Shown: positions 30,657 to 40,880, counted from the first letter of the stretch. The stretch is DNA of 64,000 nucleotides from Verrucomicrobiota bacterium (GCA_033762115.1 JANRLX010000022.1:22003-86002), one strand, 5' to 3'. A program made the numbers and translations. The notes: generated by a model from the letters alone, not told the origin.

Positions 30657-31190
30657 TTAAGGGGGAACTCCCTGGTGCGCCGCTTCCTCGGCTTTATTTT
30701 TCCATTTTTGAATGCGGTCGTGATGCGTGCCGCCCAGTGAGAGCAATTTCTCCTTGTTGAACAGCATCTCCTGTCTGCTTTCGGAGGTAATGGAATAATC
30801 CTTCATCAGGAAAATGGCCTCTTCCGGGCAAACTTCCTGGCAATAGCTGCAAAAGATGCAGCGAATCATATTGATCTCAAATTCCTTCGGTCCCTTCTCC
30901 ACGTTGCCTGCCTGAGGATCACCTGCAGGTCCGGGAGGAGTGATGCGGATCGCTTTTGGCGGACAGACAAATTCGCAAAGCTGGCAGGAAACACATTTGG
31001 TTCGCCCTTCCTGGTCTTTGACCAGGTAAGGGGCGCCGCGATAACCTTCGGGCACTTTCCATTTTTCCTCGGGGTACTGCATCGTCACTTTCTTTTTAAA
31101 GAAATGGCGAAGCGTCACGGCGAATCCCCCAAGAATTGAGGGGAGATACAGCCGCTCCCAAAAACTTAACTTTGGACGTGGAACAATCAT
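30657..31190 (-). CDS. nuoI: NADH-quinone oxidoreductase subunit I
   Basis: Two 4Fe-4S motifs, CVSCQLCEFVCP and CIFCSYCQEVCP. Confidence 0.95.
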   Translation of the reverse strand: MIVPRPKLSFWERLYLPSILGGFAVTLRHFFKKKVTMQYPEEKWKVPEGYRGAPYLVKDQEGRTKCVSCQLCEFVCPPKAIRITPPGPAGDPQAGNVEKGPKEFEINMIRCIFCSYCQEVCPEEAIFLMKDYSITSESRQEMLFNKEKLLSLGGTHHDRIQKWKNKAEEAAHQGVPP

Positions 31191-32213
31191 TCAGGCTTTG
31201 GCTCTCGCCCAGAGTGCGAGGGCATAGATGAAAATATTGAGGAGCGCGACCGGGATAAACCGGCGCCATCCCAAATCCATCAGTTGATCATAACGAAACC
31301 GGGGCAACATCCAGCGCACCCAGATAAACAACACCATAAAGCAGAGCATTTTCCCAACAAAAACCATAATGTGAAAAATTCCTGCGCCCACCGAACCAGC
31401 CGGAGCGCTCACTCCCGGCAATGTCCAGCCACCAAAAAACAGAGTCACCATCATTGCCGAGGCCGCAATCATATTTGCGTACTCTCCCAGAAAGAAGAGC
31501 GCGAACTTCATCGAGCTGTATTCAGTATGATAGCCAGCGACCAATTCCGTCTCCGATTCAGGCAGGTCAAACGGTAATCGATTTGTTTCTGCAAACGCAG
31601 AGACAAGGAAGATGATGAATGACAATGGCGCGTAAAGAACAAACCAGCCATGCTCCGCCTGGTAGCGGATAATTTCGCTGAGGTTCAGGCTTCCTGCGAT
31701 CAAAAAGACGGGAATGACAGACATACCCATCGCAATTTCGTAGGAAATCATTTGCGCGCTGGACCGGATTCCTCCCAGGAACGGATACTTGGAATTGGAA
31801 GCATATCCCGCCAGCACAATCCCATAAACACCGAGGGAAACGATCCCGAAAGAGTAAAGAATCCCGACGTTCAGGTCGGCAATGACCATTTTCTGCTGAC
31901 CCAGGTACGATCCAAATGGAATGACCGCCAGCGTAAGAAATGCCGGCACCATTGTGATTGCCGGGGCCAGCCAGAAGTAAACCTTCCGGACATGGGCGGG
32001 AGTGAAGTCCTCCTTGAGAATAAATTTCAATCCGTCAGCCAGGGGTTGCAACAACCCAAGCGGCCCCACCCGGTTCGGCCCCAACCGATCTTGGATAAAG
32101 GCGGAAATTCGCCGTTCAGCCACCACAGAGTAGGCAATCATCGGCATCACAATCGCGACGACCGCCACAATCTTGATCAAGCTGAACAGTAAAAATTCGT
32201 TCGAGGCTCCCAT
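31191..32213 (-). CDS. nuoH: NADH-quinone oxidoreductase subunit H
   Basis: ERRISAFIQDRLGPNRVGPLGLLQPLADG and AETNRLPFDLPE. Confidence 0.96.
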   Translation of the reverse strand: MGASNEFLLFSLIKIVAVVAIVMPMIAYSVVAERRISAFIQDRLGPNRVGPLGLLQPLADGLKFILKEDFTPAHVRKVYFWLAPAITMVPAFLTLAVIPFGSYLGQQKMVIADLNVGILYSFGIVSLGVYGIVLAGYASNSKYPFLGGIRSSAQMISYEIAMGMSVIPVFLIAGSLNLSEIIRYQAEHGWFVLYAPLSFIIFLVSAFAETNRLPFDLPESETELVAGYHTEYSSMKFALFFLGEYANMIAASAMMVTLFFGGWTLPGVSAPAGSVGAGIFHIMVFVGKMLCFMVLFIWVRWMLPRFRYDQLMDLGWRRFIPVALLNIFIYALALWARAKA

Positions 32214-32217
32214 AAAC

Positions 32218-33930
32218 TCAGACCTGCACCGTCACTCCGGTATCGCCAAGTGCACCCCAGCTGATCCCATTCAGCGGTTTTATTTCGGCAGCCATTTGGT
32301 TGAACAATCCTTCAATTGAGACAAAGCCGTTTTGCCCGGTCACATTAAAAACAATTTCGTGGAGCAATTCCCACTCAGGGCGTGAAGCCCCGGGAGGTTC
32401 GACTGCTTTCATGAACTTCTGCAAACGACCTTTGACATTGATATAGGTTCCGCGCTTTTCAACGTGGGCACAGGCGGGCAGAAGAACGTGGGCCAGTTCA
32501 GAGGTTGGGCTTGGAAGAATGGCGCAGACCACCAGAAAATCCAACTGCTTCAGTAAATCTGAAGAAATACCGTGCTGAGTCACATCCTCATTAAAGACCA
32601 TGAGTGTGCGGATGGCACCGGATTTGATTCCCGCGGCAATCACGCCCAATTTGCTTCCCATCGGGTTCGCGGCAATTCCCATCAGCCTGGCGCCATTGCT
32701 GTTCGGATTGCGATCAGGGTTCAACAACAGCCGGTCCCCTTCCCCGACTCGCGGCACCGAGTCAGTCACTGCTCCCAGCCTGCGGGCGAGCTTGGAAATC
32801 AAATAAAGTTCTTCGTTGGTCTGCCGTGCGGAAGCAATGATTGCAACTCCGCCGGATTTTTCCTGGGCCAGACGATCTGAAATCTCCCGCACCGCAGCGC
32901 CCCAATTGCTGCTGTGAAGCGGTTCCGCGCCGCGGCGCAGCTTCACTTCCCGCAGCCGATCCTCACGACCGACCCATTTGTAATTTAAACGGCCGTAATC
33001 GCACATCCAGCTTGAATTGACTGCGTCATTCTGGCGTGGCTCATAGCGATGAATTTTGTCCTCCCGTGATCCGACGACAATATTACAGCCAGTGGCGCAA
33101 CTGCTGCACAGGCTTTTGGTTTCCTTGAGAAACCAGACTCGCATTTTAAAGCGAAAATCTTTCGAGGTCAGCGCTCCCACCGGACACAGGTCAACTGTGT
33201 TCAGGGTGTAATTGTTATCAAACTGCCTTCCGGGATATGCGGTGAGGGTATTGTAACTGCCGCGATTGACAAAGCCGAGGGCATCATCTCCCACGATATC
33301 CCTCGTGAATCGAACACAACGGGAACAGAGGATGCAGCGTTCATCATCCAGCACAATGCGTGGCCCAAGATCAACCCGCTTTGGTTTATGAACTTTTTCC
33401 TCCACAAACCGGCTCGAGGATTGCCCGTACTCTACCGAGTACTCCTGCAGTTTGCATTCGCCAGCCTGGTCACAGATCGGGCAATCCAAAGGATGGTTGA
33501 TCAGCAGGAACTCGAGCACTCCCTTGCGCATCTCCTCCACTCCCGCAGTGTTGGTGTAAATCTCCATTCCGGGAGAAATGGGCGTGGCACAGGCAATGGC
33601 GGGTCGGGGAGATTTTGCAATTTTGGGAGTACCGTCCGGGTTCATCACCGGTTTTCGGTCCGGTCCCATCGCCGGCGTGCCGAACTCGACAAGGCACATG
33701 CGGCAATTCCCTGCGACTGGCAGCTTGGGATGATAGCAGTAATGCGGCACATCCACATTGATCTGGGCGCAAGCCTGGATCATCGTGGTGGGCACTGGTT
33801 TTCCAGTCAGAGGATCGGGCGTGGTCTTCGGCACAGCCACAGTGACTCCATCCACTTTGACAGTGATGGTCTCGACCGGCGCTGCGGTTGCCGATGTGTT
33901 TTGGTTTGTCGCCGCACTGGACATACGCAT
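32218..33930 (-). CDS. nuoG: NADH-quinone oxidoreductase subunit G (short form)
   Basis: CYHPKL...GNCRMCLVE, HPLDCPICDQAGEC and RCILCSRCVRF; 570 aa. Confidence 0.92.
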   Translation of the reverse strand: MRMSSAATNQNTSATAAPVETITVKVDGVTVAVPKTTPDPLTGKPVPTTMIQACAQINVDVPHYCYHPKLPVAGNCRMCLVEFGTPAMGPDRKPVMNPDGTPKIAKSPRPAIACATPISPGMEIYTNTAGVEEMRKGVLEFLLINHPLDCPICDQAGECKLQEYSVEYGQSSSRFVEEKVHKPKRVDLGPRIVLDDERCILCSRCVRFTRDIVGDDALGFVNRGSYNTLTAYPGRQFDNNYTLNTVDLCPVGALTSKDFRFKMRVWFLKETKSLCSSCATGCNIVVGSREDKIHRYEPRQNDAVNSSWMCDYGRLNYKWVGREDRLREVKLRRGAEPLHSSNWGAAVREISDRLAQEKSGGVAIIASARQTNEELYLISKLARRLGAVTDSVPRVGEGDRLLLNPDRNPNSNGARLMGIAANPMGSKLGVIAAGIKSGAIRTLMVFNEDVTQHGISSDLLKQLDFLVVCAILPSPTSELAHVLLPACAHVEKRGTYINVKGRLQKFMKAVEPPGASRPEWELLHEIVFNVTGQNGFVSIEGLFNQMAAEIKPLNGISWGALGDTGVTVQV

Positions 33931-35363
33931 TAACTTCGCGGACTTGCCGCCAATTTCATTTCAGGGATCGGGCCAGCTCCGCTGTTCCTGCGCGCTTCAT
34001 CAGCAGCGCCTTTGGCCACAAATTCATCTTTGAATTTTCCAACAAAACTTTGCACCGGCCAGGAGCAGGCTTCGCCAAATGCGCAGATTGTGCGCCCGCC
34101 CGGGATGTTATTGGCAATTTTCAGCAGGTAATCCGCATCTTCCCTGCGCCCCTGCCCATGGGTCATCCGATGCAGGGTCTTGCTCATCCAAAGTGAGCCT
34201 TCACGGCATGGGGTGCATTGCCCGCAGCTTTCATGAGCGTAAAATTCGGAAAGATTCGCCAATGCTTCCACAATGTCCGTGGAATCATCCATGACAATGA
34301 TCGCACTTGAACCAGACATGCTTCCAGCCGCCATCAGGGAATCAAAATCATATGGCAGGTCGAGCATATCAGTTTCAATCTCGATCTCCTTCCCCTCCGG
34401 ATTCTTTTTCTTTAATATGAATTTCTCGCCCGCTTTAAAAACTTTCGCCGAGGAACCGCCCGGAATCACTGCTTTCAACTGCCGACCTGAACGCAGGCCA
34501 TTGCCAAATTCAGGATCGTAGATCAGTTGCCCGATCGTGACTTTACCCACTTCGATTTCGTAATAGCCCGGGCGATTGACCTGCCCGCTTAAGCTGACGA
34601 TTCGCGTCCCGGTATTGTTTGGTGTTCCCAATTTTGCGTATTCAGCGCCGCCCATCGCCATGACATGCCTGACCTGGCAGAGGGTCTCAACGTTGTTCAC
34701 GATTGTTGGGGAAAGATAAAGCCCGAGGATTGCAGGGAAAAATGGGGGTTTGATCCTTGGGTAAGGCCGCTTCCCTTCAAGCGATTCGATCAAGCCGGTT
34801 TCCTCGCCGCAAATATAAGCCCCTGCCCCGCGATGCACGTGCATTTCCAAATCGTAACCGCTGCCAAGGATGTTTTTGCCCAGAAAATTTTTCGCCCGCG
34901 CTTCGGCCAAGGCGCGATTCAATATCCGGGCCCCTTCAGGAAATTCGCCGCGAATATAAATGTAGGCGAGATGCACATCATTGGCGAAACAGGAGATGAT
35001 CATCCCCTCGATCAACTGATGTGGGTCCTTGTGGATGATCTGTCGGTCTTTAAAAGTTCCCGGCTCCGATTCATCCGCGTTGCAAATCAGGTAGATCGGT
35101 TTGCCGCTTTTCCGATCAACAAACGACCACTTCAGCCCACAGGAAAAACCGGCCCCACCACGCCCCCGCAACCCGGAGAGCTTGACCTCTTCCCGAATTT
35201 GCTCGGGAGCGGAAACCGTTTTGCCATCAGGCAATGCTTTGGGAGGGAGGGCCAGGACCTTTTTCAGCGTCTCATATCCCCCATGCCGCACGTAACAATC
35301 CAGGTCATTGGTGTAACCTGGTTGATCGACGTTTTTTAAAATAAGTCGATATTGTTGTGGCAT
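33930..35363 (-). CDS. nuoF: NADH-quinone oxidoreductase subunit F
   Basis: GLRGRGGAGF, CNADESEPGTFKDR, GAGAYICGEET and ESCGQCTPCREG. Start set at MPQQ (35363) because the upstream extension overlaps the tRNA. Confidence 0.95.
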   Translation of the reverse strand: MPQQYRLILKNVDQPGYTNDLDCYVRHGGYETLKKVLALPPKALPDGKTVSAPEQIREEVKLSGLRGRGGAGFSCGLKWSFVDRKSGKPIYLICNADESEPGTFKDRQIIHKDPHQLIEGMIISCFANDVHLAYIYIRGEFPEGARILNRALAEARAKNFLGKNILGSGYDLEMHVHRGAGAYICGEETGLIESLEGKRPYPRIKPPFFPAILGLYLSPTIVNNVETLCQVRHVMAMGGAEYAKLGTPNNTGTRIVSLSGQVNRPGYYEIEVGKVTIGQLIYDPEFGNGLRSGRQLKAVIPGGSSAKVFKAGEKFILKKKNPEGKEIEIETDMLDLPYDFDSLMAAGSMSGSSAIIVMDDSTDIVEALANLSEFYAHESCGQCTPCREGSLWMSKTLHRMTHGQGRREDADYLLKIANNIPGGRTICAFGEACSWPVQSFVGKFKDEFVAKGAADEARRNSGAGPIPEMKLAASPRS

Positions 35364-35377
35364 AGTTTCGTCCGCGC

Positions 35378-35405
35378 TTGACTCAAAGGGTAAAGTTCGT
35401 AGGTT
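35378..35405 (+). promoter_or_regulatory. Putative sigma70 promoter of tRNA-Gln
   Basis: TTGACT-N16-TAGGTT ending 12 nt upstream of the tRNA. Confidence 0.5.
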
Positions 35406-35417
35406 GTGCGTGCTTTT

Positions 35418-35491
35418 TGCCGAATGGTGTAACGGTAGCACCGCTGCCTCTGGAGCAGCTTGTCATGGTTCGAATCCATGTTCGGCAGCCA
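35418..35491 (+). tRNA. tRNA-Gln (anticodon CTG)
   Basis: Acceptor TGCCGAA/TTCGGCA-G-CCA, D-arm GGTGTAACGGTAGCACC, anticodon arm GCTGC-CTCTGGA-GCAGC, T-arm CATGG-TTCGAAT-CCATG. Confidence 0.93.
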
Positions 35492-35530
35492 ACCTTCTGT
35501 TTTTCAAGGATTCGTTTCATTCCCTCACTC

Positions 35531-36070
35531 CTACCGCCGTTCGTTTCGGTCAATCATTTGATCAGCCATTTCATGTGTGACTGCCTGATGGAATTCTTCA
35601 TTTAACATCATCACAGGAGCAGTCCCGCAACTGGCAAGGCATTCCACGAACTCGACAGTGAATTGCCCATCCTTCGTTGTTTGAGGACCATGCGCATGGC
35701 TGTCCAGCCCCAATCGCCTGCACAAATGTGCATGCAATTGATAGGAGCCACCCAGAGCGCAACTCAATGTACGACAAACTTTAAAATGGGTTTTTCCAAC
35801 CGGTTTCTGCCGGAACATCGGATAAAACGTCACCAGTTCGTAAATGTTGATCGGCTGCAATTCCAGTTTTGCGGCAGTCCATTCAATGGCTTCCTTGCTG
35901 AGAAATCCGAAATGTTCCTGCAGCGCGTGCAATAACATCAGTGATGCGCTTCGCTTCACCGGGTAATGGGTGATCAGCTCATCAATCTCTGCTTCAAGGG
36001 CCTTCGGAACTTCGAAAGCCGTGGTCGGGAGCACAGGTTCAACAGGATGGGAAATCACTGGATTGCTCAT
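35531..36070 (-). CDS. nuoE: NADH-quinone oxidoreductase subunit E
   Basis: VTFYPMF, VCRTLSC and VECLASCGTAP (2Fe-2S). Confidence 0.95.
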   Translation of the reverse strand: MSNPVISHPVEPVLPTTAFEVPKALEAEIDELITHYPVKRSASLMLLHALQEHFGFLSKEAIEWTAAKLELQPINIYELVTFYPMFRQKPVGKTHFKVCRTLSCALGGSYQLHAHLCRRLGLDSHAHGPQTTKDGQFTVEFVECLASCGTAPVMMLNEEFHQAVTHEMADQMIDRNERR

Positions 36071-37371
36071 CGGTCACACTCTCCCATCACAAAATCCAGC
36101 GAGCCGAGAATGGCTACCGTATCGCTCATCATATTTCCAGGAAGCAGATAAGGCAGGATGCTCAGGTTCACAAAGGAAGGAGCGCGGATTTTTAGGCGGT
36201 GCGGAGTGCCGCCTCCCTTGCTGTTAATATAAAATCCCAATTCTCCCTTTGGATTTTCTCCACCAAAGTAAATCTCGCCACGCGGGGCATCGACCCCCTG
36301 CGTCACGATAATAAACTGGTGGATTAATTCCTCCATGCTCGTGAGCACTTTTTCCTTTGGAGGCAGAACCGTTTTACCGTCCGGCACATTCACAGGACCT
36401 CCGGGTAATTGATCGAGGCATTGGCGGATGATTCGCACGCTCTGCCGCATTTCCTCCATTCGGACGAGGTACCGATCATAGCAATCACCCACCGAACCGT
36501 ACGGCACATCAAACTGTACCTGGTCATATACCAGGTAGGGATGCGCTTTTCGTAAGTCGTAATCAATTCCGCTTCCGCGAAGGTTCGGACCGGTCAAACC
36601 GTAATCGATCGCTACATCTTTCGGAATCACCCCCAAGTCTCTCGTGCGATTCACGAAGATCGGATTCCGGGTCAATAATTTTTCCGATTCATCGAAATTG
36701 ACCACGACTTCATCAATGAATTTCCGGCATTGCTCAATCCACCCTGGCGGCAGATCACGCGCCAAACCGCCAATCCGGGTATATGTCGTGGTAAAACGCG
36801 CTCCGGTCAGCGATTCCGCAAGGTTATAAATTTTTTCCCGTTCATAGAACGTGTGCAGGAACACAGTCATCGCTCCCACATCCATGGCAAAGGCACCCAA
36901 TCCCAGCAGATGCGCGGAGATACGCGCCAGTTCCGTGACGATCACCCGGATATACTGGCAGCGGGGAGGCAATTGCTTATCCAGCCCCATTAACTTCTCG
37001 ACTGCGAGGGCGTAATGAACGTTGTTCGCCAGTGGCGCAAGGTAATCCAGTCGATCCGTATATGGGATAAACTGGGTATAAGTCATGTTTTCGGCGATTT
37101 TTTCATCGCCGCGATGCAGGTAGCCTACATCGGGAATTGCTTTGGTGATGATTTCGCCATCCAGTTCAAGCACCAGGCGCAACACCCCGTGGGTTGCCGG
37201 ATGTGAAGGTCCCATATTCAGGACCATTTTTTCACCTGGGTCATCCTGCAATTCATCCGAGTTGCCGGGAGTTGCATGGACCATGGCGCCGGCATTTTGA
37301 AGGTTATTTACTCCTTCCGCCACCCGCGCGGCCGGCTCCTTGACATGTAAATCGTGAACTTCGGTGCTCAT
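36067..37371 (-). CDS. nuoD: NADH-quinone oxidoreductase subunit D
   Basis: NMGPSHPATHGVLR, GYLHRG.EK and GSLDFVMGECDR. Confidence 0.96.
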   Translation of the reverse strand: MSTEVHDLHVKEPAARVAEGVNNLQNAGAMVHATPGNSDELQDDPGEKMVLNMGPSHPATHGVLRLVLELDGEIITKAIPDVGYLHRGDEKIAENMTYTQFIPYTDRLDYLAPLANNVHYALAVEKLMGLDKQLPPRCQYIRVIVTELARISAHLLGLGAFAMDVGAMTVFLHTFYEREKIYNLAESLTGARFTTTYTRIGGLARDLPPGWIEQCRKFIDEVVVNFDESEKLLTRNPIFVNRTRDLGVIPKDVAIDYGLTGPNLRGSGIDYDLRKAHPYLVYDQVQFDVPYGSVGDCYDRYLVRMEEMRQSVRIIRQCLDQLPGGPVNVPDGKTVLPPKEKVLTSMEELIHQFIIVTQGVDAPRGEIYFGGENPKGELGFYINSKGGGTPHRLKIRAPSFVNLSILPYLLPGNMMSDTVAILGSLDFVMGECDR

Positions 37372-38033
37372 GGCGCAGGTTTTATATTGCCGTGTTGCTC
37401 ATCAGCCCTTCCCAAATCACGCCGCCGCTCCAGTCGGGCATTGGTTTCCAGGCTGTCCGTTTCAGGAACCCGCACGCGTGGTTCACGGGCAATAGTGTCC
37501 TTGCCTCCCGCCACTGTCACAAATGGCCCCCCCTCAAGGGGCGCTGGATTGGAAAATGCAACTTCAGGCAATTCGCTCGGTTTGCCTGCCAACGGAAAAT
37601 CTTTTCGCAAAGGAAAGTACGGATAACCTTCCCACATCAGGATTCTGCGCAGGTCCGGATGGCCTGCAAAACGGAGCCCGAACATATCGTAAGCTTCCCG
37701 CTCATGCCAATCCGCTGTTCGCCAGACACTCGTCACACTTGGCAATTCACACTTTTCCTCGGAAATGTTCGTCTTAAGCCGCAAATAGTTGCGATGCCCA
37801 TAACCGTAAAGTTCGTAAACCACTGTGAAACGGGGGTCTTCCCCATAATTGTCCACTCCTGAAAGATCAACCAGGTAGTCGAATCCAAGTTCCTTTTTGC
37901 AGTAGGCGCAAACTTCCTGAATCCGGTTTTCATCCAGGACCTGCACTGTGACTTCCTCACGAAATTCCCAGGGAGTTGAGATCACTTCCCCAAAATGAGC
38001 GGCCAATTTTAATGCTAAATCTTTGGCAGACAT
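37368..38033 (-). CDS. nuoC: NADH-quinone oxidoreductase subunit C
   Basis: ADWHEREAYDMFG..F.GHPDLRRILM...PLRKDFP. Confidence 0.95.
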   Translation of the reverse strand: MSAKDLALKLAAHFGEVISTPWEFREEVTVQVLDENRIQEVCAYCKKELGFDYLVDLSGVDNYGEDPRFTVVYELYGYGHRNYLRLKTNISEEKCELPSVTSVWRTADWHEREAYDMFGLRFAGHPDLRRILMWEGYPYFPLRKDFPLAGKPSELPEVAFSNPAPLEGGPFVTVAGGKDTIAREPRVRVPETDSLETNARLERRRDLGRADEQHGNIKPAP

Positions 38034-38044
38034 TTAGTTATAAC

Positions 38045-38554
38045 TCAGGCAGCGCGCTTTTGGTTAGCCAGCGCAGGTTCCTTCGCCACCTTATTTTGCA
38101 ATCGAATCAATGCATCCAGCAATGCCTCTGGTCTGGGTGGGCAACCAGCCACATAAACATCCACAGGAATGATATTGTCCACTCCCTGCAAAACGGCGTA
38201 ACTTCGATACATCCCTCCAGTTGAAGCACAGGCCCCCATCGCAATCACCCATTTAGGCTCTGGCATCTGCTGATAAATCCGTCGCACAGCCAGCGCCATT
38301 TTATAAGTGACAGTCCCGGCCACAATCATGAGATCCGATTGGCGGGGGGAAAAGCGCATCACTTCAGAGCCGAAGCGGGCGATGTCATAACGACTTGCTC
38401 CCGCAGCCATTAGCTCAATGGCACAACAGGCCAGGCCCATCGGCATTGGCCATAATGAGTTTTTGCGGAACCAATTAATGACAGCGTCGGCCCGGGTGAC
38501 AATAACGTCTCCCTCGACCTTGGAATTGTAGCCGACTTCAGTGGTCTTCTGCAT
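38045..38554 (-). CDS. nuoB: NADH-quinone oxidoreductase subunit B
   Basis: [23 protein letters not shown] and GCPPRPE; start at MQKT (38554). Confidence 0.95.
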   Translation of the reverse strand: MQKTTEVGYNSKVEGDVIVTRADAVINWFRKNSLWPMPMGLACCAIELMAAGASRYDIARFGSEVMRFSPRQSDLMIVAGTVTYKMALAVRRIYQQMPEPKWVIAMGACASTGGMYRSYAVLQGVDNIIPVDVYVAGCPPRPEALLDALIRLQNKVAKEPALANQKRAA

Positions 38555-38622
38555 AGGACAGGAGCCGAAAGGCTCACGGTAGGTGCAACTTAAACCGCGG
38601 ACCGATTTGGACGCAAGTTCAT

Positions 38623-38640
38623 TTGTGAATTTTTTCACAA
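38623..38640. promoter_or_regulatory. Rex-type operator upstream of nuoB
   Basis: TTGTGAA-TTTT-TTCACAA, a perfect match to the Rex consensus TTGTGAA-N4-TTCACAA, about 70 nt upstream of the nuoB ATG. Confidence 0.75.
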
Positions 38641-38744
38641 GCGAACTGCATTCCATGAGCATTTCCCCGCGAAAAATGAACGGAAAGGTAAAATTCAGGT
38701 TCTCACCGATAACTCTTTTTCCAATCCCCTCCTAACTTGCCCAC

Positions 38745-38990
38745 ATGAAAGATTCAGTAGACCCAATCGAAGGTGTGGCTGGCAAAATCCAGGAAGGGAT
38801 CGAGCAACAACGCTGGACGTGGAATGAAATCAGGGAGGAACTCACCTCACGAACCCGGGAGGCGGCCATCGCCACAGATTCGTATGTGCATGAAAAACCA
38901 TGGAAAGCCATTGGGATCGCCGCCATGCTTGGCTTCATTGCAGGCATGATCCTGGCGCCTCGTGGCAATGATGAAGCTTTCCCGGATTGA
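38745..38990 (+). CDS. DUF883 / ElaB-YqjD family membrane-anchored protein
   Basis: ATDSYVHEKPWKAIGIAAMLGFIAGMIL C-terminal signature. Confidence 0.85.
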   Translation: MKDSVDPIEGVAGKIQEGIEQQRWTWNEIREELTSRTREAAIATDSYVHEKPWKAIGIAAMLGFIAGMILAPRGNDEAFPD

Positions 38991-39035
38991 TCCTGCACTT
39001 TCCTGGCCTGACACGGTCCAGTAACCTTTTAATCT

Positions 39036-40880
39036 ATGACTTGGGAAATCGGGGTGTTGCTCGGGATCGTCTTTCTTTGTTTGCTCTTTTTTTCATTTGA
39101 ATGGGTGCCGACCGATGTCGTGGCCCTGAGCGTTGTTATTGCCCTGGTTCTTACAGGGTTGTTACCTGCGAACAAGGCCTTTTCCGGATTTGGCAGTGAC
39201 ACAGTTATTACGATTCTTGGATTGTTGATCCTGACATCGGCACTTTTACGAACCGGCGTGATGGATATCGCCGGGCGAAAAATCATCGGACTCACCGGCA
39301 CTGATCCCAACAAACTACTCGCGATCATTATGGTCGCCGCTGCAGGCCTGAGCGCTTTCATGAGCAATACTGCCTGTGCCGCTTTTTTTGTTCCGGTGGT
39401 TATCGGCCTTGCCAATCGTGCCAAAGTGAGCCCCTCAAAATTGCTGCTGCCACTGGCTTTTTCATCCATTTTGTCCAGTTCAGTCACGCTCATCAGCACC
39501 TCGACAAACATCGTCGTCAGCGGATTGCTTCAGCAATACAAAATGGCCCCCATGGGCATGTTCGAACTGGCTCCTGTTGGAATCCCAATCACAATCGCTG
39601 GTTTGCTTTACATGTATTTCATTGGCCGAAGGATCATTCCGGACCGTGCACCGCCCGGTGATTTGATCGAAGAATTTGGTATGCGCCCCTACCTCACTGA
39701 GCTGGTAATTCTTCCCGACTCACCCCTTGTAGGAAAAACCCTGGCTGAAGCAGCTCTTGGGCGCGATATGGATTTGACCGTCCTCAGCGTCATCCGACAA
39801 AAGGACCGGCATCACGCCCCTCGCGGCGATCTCGTTCTTGCCGCCGGGGATTTGCTCCTCGTCGAGGGAAAAAGGGATGAAATTTTAAAGATCAAGGAAA
39901 CAGCAGGCATTGAGATCAAGGCCGACATTAAACTGTCTGATCCAAATACCAAGGCAGAGGATTTGGGTATGGTGGAAGCAATCCTTCTCCCGAAATCACC
40001 TTTGATCGGCCGCACCCTGAAAGGGTTCCGCTTTCGCGAACGTTTCAAGCTGCAAGTGCTTGGGATTAATCGTCATGGAGAAAACTTTCGTCGGAAAATT
40101 TCGGTGGTTCCCCTTCGAATGGGAGACACCTTGCTGCTTCAAGGAGCGAAAGCCAATATCGCCACTCTTCAGGAGGGAAACCTCGTTCGCATATTAAATC
40201 AGGTCGGCGAAGACCGCCCACATACCAGCCGCAGCCGTCGTGCAATTTTCATTTTTGCAGCTGCGCTGGCTCTTGGGACTTTCAAAATTGTTTCCTTTCC
40301 CATCGCTGTCCTGCTCGGATCAGTGGCGGTCTTTGTTTCAAATTGCATCACTCCGGAAGAGGCATACAGGGAAATTGAGTGGAAAGTCATTATACTGATC
40401 GGCAGCATGCTTGCTCTTGGTGTTGCCATGGAGGAAACCGGGACGGCCTCTTATCTTGCCAACTTGATCGTCAAGTTCGGCGCTTCCTTTGGGCCGACCG
40501 TCCTCCTCGCCTCCTTTTTCGTCCTGACGATTCTATTGACGCAGCCGATGTCCAATCAGGCTGCCGCTGTCGTGATATTGCCCGTTGCGATCCAAACCGC
40601 CCTGCAGCTCGACCTGAATCCACGCACTTTTACAATGATGGTGGCAGTCGCGGCCAGCTGCTCCTACCTGACCCCTCTTGAACCAGCCTGCCTGATGATT
40701 TACGGGCCGGGACGATATAAGTTTTTTGATTTTATCAAGGTCGGGTCGATTCTCACGCTCCTGATTTTTATCATTTCAGTCCTGCTGGTTCCGAAAGTTT
40801 GGCCATTAAGCGAAAAAGCCGGCCCGGAAATGATCAATGCGGTCAAGGCCCGTCAGGAAAGCAGTAACAAAAATGAGTAA
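39036..40880 (+). CDS. SLC13/CitM-like permease with two TrkA-C domains
   Basis: SAFMSNT, TLISTSTNIVV, SPLVGKTL/SPLIGRTL TrkA-C repeats and GPGRYKFFDF. Confidence 0.88.
   Translation: MTWEIGVLLGIVFLCLLFFSFEWVPTDVVALSVVIALVLTGLLPANKAFSGFGSDTVITILGLLILTSALLRTGVMDIAGRKIIGLTGTDPNKLLAIIMVAAAGLSAFMSNTACAAFFVPVVIGLANRAKVSPSKLLLPLAFSSILSSSVTLISTSTNIVVSGLLQQYKMAPMGMFELAPVGIPITIAGLLYMYFIGRRIIPDRAPPGDLIEEFGMRPYLTELVILPDSPLVGKTLAEAALGRDMDLTVLSVIRQKDRHHAPRGDLVLAAGDLLLVEGKRDEILKIKETAGIEIKADIKLSDPNTKAEDLGMVEAILLPKSPLIGRTLKGFRFRERFKLQVLGINRHGENFRRKISVVPLRMGDTLLLQGAKANIATLQEGNLVRILNQVGEDRPHTSRSRRAIFIFAAALALGTFKIVSFPIAVLLGSVAVFVSNCITPEEAYREIEWKVIILIGSMLALGVAMEETGTASYLANLIVKFGASFGPTVLLASFFVLTILLTQPMSNQAAAVVILPVAIQTALQLDLNPRTFTMMVAVAASCSYLTPLEPACLMIYGPGRYKFFDFIKVGSILTLLIFIISVLLVPKVWPLSEKAGPEMINAVKARQESSNKNE

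Noticed and set aside
35364..35441. N-terminal extension of nuoF and an 18-codon minus-strand ORF at about 35464-35520
   Set aside because: Both overlap the tRNA-Gln gene or its promoter.
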